This document shows positions 56,315 to 64,000 of a stretch of 64,000 nt of DNA, one piece after another. The notes under the pieces were generated by a model that saw only the letters and a list, made by a program, of their open reading frames with translations, did not search any database and was not told the origin of the DNA. The translations under genes and the position numbers were made by a program. Within the stretch, counting starts at the first letter, position 1. Each line of letters opens with the position of its first letter. Source of the DNA: Catajapyx aquilonaris (Eukaryota). The stretch covers positions 1 to 64,000 of the forward strand of contig JYFJ02001744.1 of NCBI GenBank assembly GCA_000934665.2, given 5' to 3'.

Positions 56315-59300
56315 ATGTCCAATAGTACCATCAACAAACCTCGAGAGAACGGGCTGGAGTTGGACTCGGCTGAAAAGGAACCGTGTTTGGACTCGGAAAA
56401 GGGTAGGGGGGAAGATGGTGAAGATGGGGATGTTGGAAAAGTGGACAAGTTGAAAGCGGCACTTGCGTTAACTCGAAAAGGATTTGTGGTCCTTGTGGTG
56501 TTGGCGGTGCTTCTACTCATCTTCTTCCTGATCATCATCATCATGGCTGCACTCTGGCCGGGAAGAGGGAGTGGTCACTCGAATGACATGTGTCGTGACC
56601 CGGCCTGTTTCGCCATCTCGGCCGAGGTTAGTGGGATGGGTTTCTGATCATTGTTGTATTCAAGGCTTTAGTTTGAAAGGAAATAGGATCATAAAAAATT
56701 TGTGGATGCCAAATCCTTGTTTTCAATTCTGCACAGCTGCCAATCATTCTAAATTTTCTTGTGGCATATGGGCTCTGTTCTGGTAACCAGAAACAACTTT
56801 GGTGCTGAGATTGATAAAACCGGTTTCGATAGGTGCAGGAATGAATGTGTGGAACCTGTATGCCCTTGAGAATATGCGCCTTCCCGCCTTTTACACTGTG
56901 TGTCTCATCATTCCGCTTACACCAGGAGTTACATCGTTGGAAAGTTTGTATAGGCTTTTCAACAGTGTGCTCCAGGCTAAATTTGAAGATAAGTTGACAA
57001 GCGCGAATTGTGAAACACACGGTATATAGTCAATGTTGACGAACATTTGCAATATTGCTGATAACGTGCGTAACTTTGCAAGGGGAGCTAATTTAATAGG
57101 TCGTATAATTATGCAACGTAAATTTGATAACTGTAACCCACGATAACTTTGGTATAACTTTAATTACCAGTGGTAATTAGCTGATTAAACATTAATTGAT
57201 TACAAGTTAGCCGGTGCCTAAACTACTCAGCCTATGTTGTTGAATTAATTACCCCACAGTTTACTGACTATAATGTTCAAACATGCCCAATACCCGTGTG
57301 AAAAAAAAATTCTGCCTAAAAGTAAGTGAACGACCCTTTATGCTACGGCGAACATTAAATTTGTTCTGGGTTATAAATTATAAATACGACTACGCCCCAT
57401 TGACTAAAAATACTAACGGATGATGAACGGCCACCCACATTAAATCTGATTATACCCCTGTCAATTCGATTATTAAAATCTGCACAAAGATATATCTCGT
57501 CTGAAGATTAGTACCTCAAATGGCAGCCTTGGCCTATCATTGTCGACAGTTCCCATCTTTAAGGTCGTGCGTCTCCCTCCCTTCAAGCACTGCTTTATGA
57601 CATCAAAGGAGACAGATTGGGTTTTAATCCACGCCACCGGAATCTCCCCCAGAATATTCTAAGCCAATCAAACCCGACCATCTGGAAATTTCCGCAGATG
57701 GAGATCAATGTCTCCTAATCTTCAAATTTATACTGTCCGACTGCTTGGAATCGATCCTTCGCTAGATACGGACTGTTTCTTCTTTTGTTGTGTCCACAAA
57801 AAAAAGCTACGGTGTCTTTGGCGCCCCAATGTACTATCTAATTAGAAACGGGGACATCATCTCTCTGTTGTGGTTGCTCTTCATTTGCAAGGTAAATGAG
57901 CAGAGCTGGCATCCGCTTTATGGCGGAGGAGCCATCAGAAACAGCTTCTTGGAAGCCAGGAATAATAATAAAAAGGTTATGTCCGGATGCTGAATGAGAA
58001 AGACTTTTGTTACCAGCCAGATGGTTCTCTGCTCCTTAAAATGGCTGGATACAATTTCCGGTCTGCAAATTACAGATATTGATATCCGGATGGTTAATTA
58101 ATCTGACGGGCGTCATATCGCAATGAGGATTCGCAGCAGTCGGACAGGTTTTTGGTTTGAGGCCAAAATGTGCCACCAAAAATCTTCCGGCTCTTGAAAT
58201 AGACCACTTGTCGAATGACTCCAGAGGCAGCAACTATCCAATCGAATCCGGACGTGCGTATATTTACATTCTGCACATGTTGCGAAACATTATCTTCGAG
58301 AGATTCACTGGGTCAAGATGGCAGTTATGAAGTGTACAAAATCTTTCAAGTGAGGCATAAATTCTATTTCGGCTGACTGTCAAGTGCTCGGTTTGGGCCT
58401 CCTCTTAATTCTGCGAAATTGGATCCAGAATCTCGCCAAAAGGGTCTTTGGCCCCTTATGGAAATTTGACGTGGTTTCGCTCCGGATCTTCCTCTTGTTG
58501 TGGAGTGTTGAAGGACAATGGCGCGTCTTGTGCCCCGTTAGTGAACCTGCTACAGAAAAGGCCAGTCTGGATCTACTCGGTGAAGTGATTCTTCTAGCAG
58601 GTCAAAATCCTTGAAGTACTGTGTTTTCAACGGCTTGTGATGCATCAAATAGCTTTAATAACACTCTCAGTCACGTTTCTTCGAAAAAATGAACTTTATT
58701 TACATCTTGAAGTAACATGACTGACAGTGTACTCGAAGATCTGAAATGTAGCCAACAGAGTTACATTTTCCCCGAGATTGAAATAGTGGAGTATAATCGT
58801 TGAAGCGAACTTTCTGATGCAGTTAGTGCAATAACAAATCCATAAAGGAATGCATTTTTAAAAATAGGGGAAATGCCATTTTCAAGCTTCAAACACTCTT
58901 ATACTCTAAATGACTCCAATGTGACTCTGATCGTTCTGCGTTGTCTTTTCTTGAAAAAGGGGCCATGCCCACCATGATCGGTCATTAAAGCATAAAGCTG
59001 GATTGTAGTACAATTCTATAGGAGGAGAAAGGTTGTTTATTTTCTAGTGGTAGCAATTACGGTGGTTCAATTACAGCTGCTTCACGCTAGCTATTTATGG
59101 TATTTGGGGGCTAGATAATTATTTGCCAAAAATGGCATTTGCTTTTTAATTGAGTGTCGTGTGTAGGAAAAGTTACAGTTCTCATTTTGTTTATTTTAAT
59201 ATACCGGTGACAGCAGTTTTTACACTGTACCGTATGTGACAGAGCCATTATTTCTGTACAGTACACCTGCACAGTATCCATTTATATGACAGCCTGGCAT

Positions 59301-62300
59301 GAATGTTTGCTGCGAAAAAAATTCAGCTGAAATGTTTGCCTGACTTTGAGTATATGACCCCACCGAACTGGTGTTAGCATAGGAAATTATTGAGTAAAAA
59401 GAAATATTGTTAGAGCCAGCCAATTACTACTAACTCTTATATACGCCAGCAGTGAACCTGCAAAACAGGGCCGCTTCATTTTGAATATTGAATTTTAAAA
59501 ATTGATGACTCCCTAGAGTCAGCAAAAAATATCAAAAATGCAAAAGGGGCTTCGGAACGAGATAGCCCCATATTCAGCTAAGCTCCTAATTTATGTCAGG
59601 TGATCGAGAGCTGTAATCCCACCGAACTGGGATTTCATACCAAGCTGACAGCTTCCGATCCACAGCTATTTAAAAATGAGCAGAATTGGTAAAAAAAATA
59701 TAACAAAGCTTCGCATATTTAATTGACATCCCTGCAATGCTGACAGACCCCCTCAAAAAAATTCTGTACCCACCATGCAACATATTTTTAGCTAATATTG
59801 CATCAGCTCTGCCAGAGAGTGGGCAGCCATGAATATGCGCGCCTTTATACAAGCTTTTCCCATCAAAATGCAATTTGTAGGTGGAAAGAGTGCACCGAAT
59901 TGTCAGCCATGTAACGGTTAATTTCCTAGCTTCATTTACCCCTTGAATTTTTATGCTGTCACTGCAAAATTAGTCCTGCCATTTTTTTAAAACTATGGAA
60001 CAAACTGCGTAGAAACACTGCAGTCACGTGTAAGCCATATCCAAGGCTACGTGTAAGATCGGGCTTTTAGATGGCAAAGTATCTTTGCTTGTCCCAGTTC
60101 TTTTGGCCCTCTACCTTTATCCGGATCTTCCGTTCAACGAGACGAGACGGGCTATTGCACAGCAGGAAGGAGCAAGGTAGCCCGACAAACAAACTTGGGA
60201 GTACAGTATTTAGGATTGCGGCACAGATTTAGTGCAAATGTAATTATCGAAGGACCCATGGAGGCTTCAACCCGGCTGCAAATTCCCTCGGCACAGGAAG
60301 GGCAGCTTTTCTCCTTCAACTAATCCGTCTAATTCAGTAGCAGGCGTGGTTTCCTCAGGTGGCGAAACGCTCTAGAATGAAACGATGCTATGCTAATAGG
60401 CCCTTCTGAATCCTACCCATTCAAAGGACATGTATGCTCTGAGACATCCTTTTCGAATCCAGCTTTGTGGGTAGGATTACACATGTTAGGCATGTAAATA
60501 CAGTAAGAAGACAGAATAATTCGGGTGCAAAGTTAGGTATTGATTTTTGTACGACTTTGCTCGTGTATATTCACAGCTAGAATTTCTAGAATTAATGAGC
60601 TCGGTGCGTGTTTTGATTTTCTAGAAAAATGTTAATTTTTTTCGCTGGAGCACTTTCAATTAATTTCTATTTTTCCATCAGCTTGTGCAAATATTTGCTC
60701 TTTCCATTCAACCTTTTTTTTTTACTTACCGGATTCATTTTTGTTGGCATAAGGCTATACACTCTGTACAGTTCACATCGTCTATAAATGAACGAGATCC
60801 AATTTTGTTCGACATAATATAATTATACCCTGTTAGTCGGAAGCATTCTTTCCCCTGATACACATGACAGGTTAGAGTTCACATGATTACCTCTGAGTTA
60901 TACTTATGTAATTGAAGGGACTGTAATTTTAAGACCTGCCAATTTGGCGCTTCCGTATTTCACTACCTTAATAATTCTACGTATGGTATGTACTTGATGG
61001 TAAAATAATACGGTTCTCCAAAGATGTACCGAAGAAAAATATATGAAACATTGCGCGCAGAATAATAAGAGCATTGCGCCAGTAAACGATTCAAATCGAA
61101 TCAAATCCCATCCAATAAAAATATCCTACGTAAATGCATGTCAATGTGCGTCTGATTAAATTAGGCTCTAACTGAGTTAGGGCAGCCAACTCATCCATTG
61201 AAATGGATTAAACTGAAATAAATTAAAATATCACGAGATTGATAGCACTTTTTCAATGTCACCGTCCCTTATTATGCAGTTAAGGCTCAAGTGGACAGTG
61301 AGGCAGGTCCATTGCGACAGGGGGCATAACTCAATAATGCCACATCTGGAAAATGTCCGAAATGAAAAAAAAGGAGAGGAAGAGCAGTGCATCGAAGGTT
61401 GGTGCCTTATTGTCAACCAAGTTGTGTTGTGTGGAGGAGGATGTCCTCAATTTGGTGTTGGCATCGAGCCCAGTGGGCCCCAGAGGCACCAATTAGATCA
61501 CCTTTTCGCCTTGAGTAATGGTTAAGGCTCAGAAGGGAGATGGACGCAATCATGCGGCGAAGACCAATTGCTCTTAACAACCTTTGCCACTTGGGGTCAT
61601 TTTCAATGGCCGCCTGTCAAGGAGACTTTGTGCCCCCGGTATCAACACATCCCGACACTCCCTCAACAAACTACAGAAATGGGACTCAAAAGGAAGGAGT
61701 CTGGATTCTTCCAAAGTTTTATTGTCCCTGCTTTGAGGTCAATGACCCCGGAGGAACCATGCAGCAAATGCAAATTGCTGTAAATTTCCCGTTGCATCGT
61801 ACCAGCATGGTGCAGCTGCGACATTCGGACAGATTGAGTGGTCATTTCCGCCTGGTGACATGACACTCTTCGGGGGTCTATTAAATCATGGGCCCTCGCT
61901 TTGGTTTCGGCTAATGAAAATGTGAGCATGTCAAGTAGTTGGGAGTCGAAGAAGTTGGTCGTGTGCCATGCATACGATGAATAGCGTCTTGAACGATGTG
62001 TGAAGATGCTGGTGATGGACCCACATTGATTTTTTGGCACGCGATCTTCGCGTATAGCAATTTAAGCAGGGTTATTAGCTAAAATCGGATGATTTAAGCC
62101 GCACTGATTTTTTTTGCATAATCGGGTCTTCCACATGGATAATGATGCAAAAAATACACTTATTGTGCTTGCAAAAGCGGCGAATTAAAGCAGGCCCGAA
62201 TGGACCCGAATTACCGATTCGAATAACTAACATGTCATTTTCCTCTGTGCAAAGTGGGAGTGGAGGATACTGCACCCTTATAGTGCCCATTAAAAAGTTT

Positions 62301-63879
62301 AAGGTCCCCTTAATTAACGCTAAGATAGTAGACTATGTTTATTTTGGTCATGCTGCATTTAACAAAGAGCAACATTGTCAAGGCTGGCTCTGTACTTCCA
62401 ATTAGAACTAATTAACGTTCTCCTTTCCCTGTGAATACAATACTGGCGCATAAACGAGCAGTTCCGTCTCTTTACTTCTTTTTTTTTTGCTATTTTCCTT
62501 CCGCCGATTCGCTACGAATTATCTGCCAACTTTCTTGAAAGCAAAGGCAGTTTCCTGGGTTCCATCAATCTTCCGACCCCATCTGTTATTACCAGCCCTG
62601 GAATGTTGCCTTGTAACTTCACCTACTGACTTCGCTGTAGAACAGACCCAGTCCTGTCACTTTTCGCAATCTCCGTCTGTTCCTCGCCAAACAACATATC
62701 ATTGCGGGAAAAACATATACGTTTAAAAAAAAGCATTCTTCGCCTTTCAGTTACTCCAAAGTGTCAATCACAGCGGAGATGCCTGTGAAGACTTCTGGGA
62801 TTATTCTTGCGGAGGATGGATAGAACAGAATCCACTACCGGCGTCCAAAAGCAGATGGGATGTGTATCAAGAGATCACCTTTGCCAGTAAGTAATTTAAT
62901 CGCTGTACATACACACTCCATTGGGCCTGCATTCCTTGTTGGAAGTGCATTCACCCAAGTTAGATCCTAGAAACAAGTTCCTGAGATGAAACGTGCGCAA
63001 GATAACTTATATGCTCACGACTTGGACGCATGAATTATAACGATGAATTTACATAACTTATTTCATTGGGCCTCATTACTCGAAGCATGCACAGAATTGC
63101 TTAAAAATGTAACGACTTTATTCGTCAAATTTTCACCAGCTGCAATGATTAATTCTGCTCCATTTGCAAATTTTTTTACAGCCAGAGACAAAATTAGATC
63201 TTTGATCAACACCGTCCCTTACCCGTCGGAATCCAGCTCTTTGAGTTGGAAAGTACGTAACTTCTACGAGTCATGCATGGCTGAGGAATATATTGAAACA
63301 GATAGGGACAAGCCTATCAAGGACGTCATTCGCTCTCTAGGTGAGTAACATTACTCTGCGAGATTATTTCCGGATCTTCTGGCTGGGTCCAGAAACTTGG
63401 TGGGTGTGACGCGAATGGCTAAAATGTACGGGCCGAATGGGATCGATTGATTACGACCAAAATTTTCTCACCCTTGTAGGAGGATGGCAGATCCTACGAG
63501 AATTGGGCACCTTCGACCCTTTGAATTGGGAATTCATGCGGACACTCCGGGTGCTTCAAGCCGAATACAAAGTCGACGCTTTTTTCAGGATTGAGGTGGC
63601 CCCCGACGATAGACATCCAGCCACAAATATTATCAAGGTAAGGAGTGTCTACAATTCAATTCCGACACGGAACAACCGAACTAGATCGATAGGTTGAATG
63701 GCAGGTAGCAAAATCTGTGTGGCGGCTACCTGCCAATGATTGGATAGGTCGTTATCCAAGACGGATTTTACAGTTCAATAGAGCCCATTAGCATTACTAA
63801 TAACACCTGGTTTCAGATTGTACCTGCCGGCCTGGGCCTTCCTGATCGCAGCTTTTATTACCGCCGACCAGACGGAATA
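56315..63879 (+). CDS. M13 neprilysin/endothelin-converting-enzyme family type II membrane protein, possibly 'gone early'-like; 5' part only. Exons 56315-56626, 62751-62886, 63182-63340, 63480-63637, 63817-63879; next acceptor at 63996
   Basis: Cytoplasmic tail, single TM helix, CRDPAC, then ACEDFWDYSCGGW, FYESCM, LGGW, LGLPDRSFY; phase-consistent introns. Confidence 0.9.
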
Positions 63880-64000
63880 GTACGTATAAACCTTTGCCAT
63901 TATTCACACCCCACCAGCGTATAATTGCATTTGGTAACCTAATTCCATTAATTAGACTTACATTGTGGAGTGATCACTGACTTGGCTTGTTTGCAGTCTC

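Noticed and set aside
57780..58620. Possible nested gene in the M13 intron
   Set aside because: Only short ORFs, with no recognisable domain or consistent splice structure.

Overview
Eukaryotic genomic DNA from an invertebrate, most likely an arthropod (Inr+DPE core promoters, short introns, tRNA-derived SINEs, many MITEs). Five intron-containing genes can be assembled with phase-consistent splice sites. (1) A 5-exon RIF1-like gene on + (1338-13243, ~1309 aa) with the giant disordered exon, GILK/RVSF PP1-docking motifs and the conserved C-terminal CII region, but apparently no N-terminal HEAT domain. (2) A convergent Patched-related/PTCHD3-like sterol-sensing-domain gene on - (24815-17073, ~1027 aa) with a candidate distal Inr+DPE promoter at ~30319, a 13-nt 5'UTR micro-exon and an overlapping uORF. 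(3,4) Two tandem copine paralogs on + with the same 8-exon structure. (5) The 5' part of an M13 neprilysin/ECE-family gene running off the right edge. Non-coding DNA holds many non-autonomous DNA transposons (hAT, piggyBac, Kolobok, Tc1/mariner/pogo-type, including a triple nest) and two SINEs. The best leads are the apparently HEAT-less RIF1 and a ~360-nt highly self-complementary segment ending in T7 just upstream of the Ptr promoter. All calls come from manual reading; no searches or folding programs were run.
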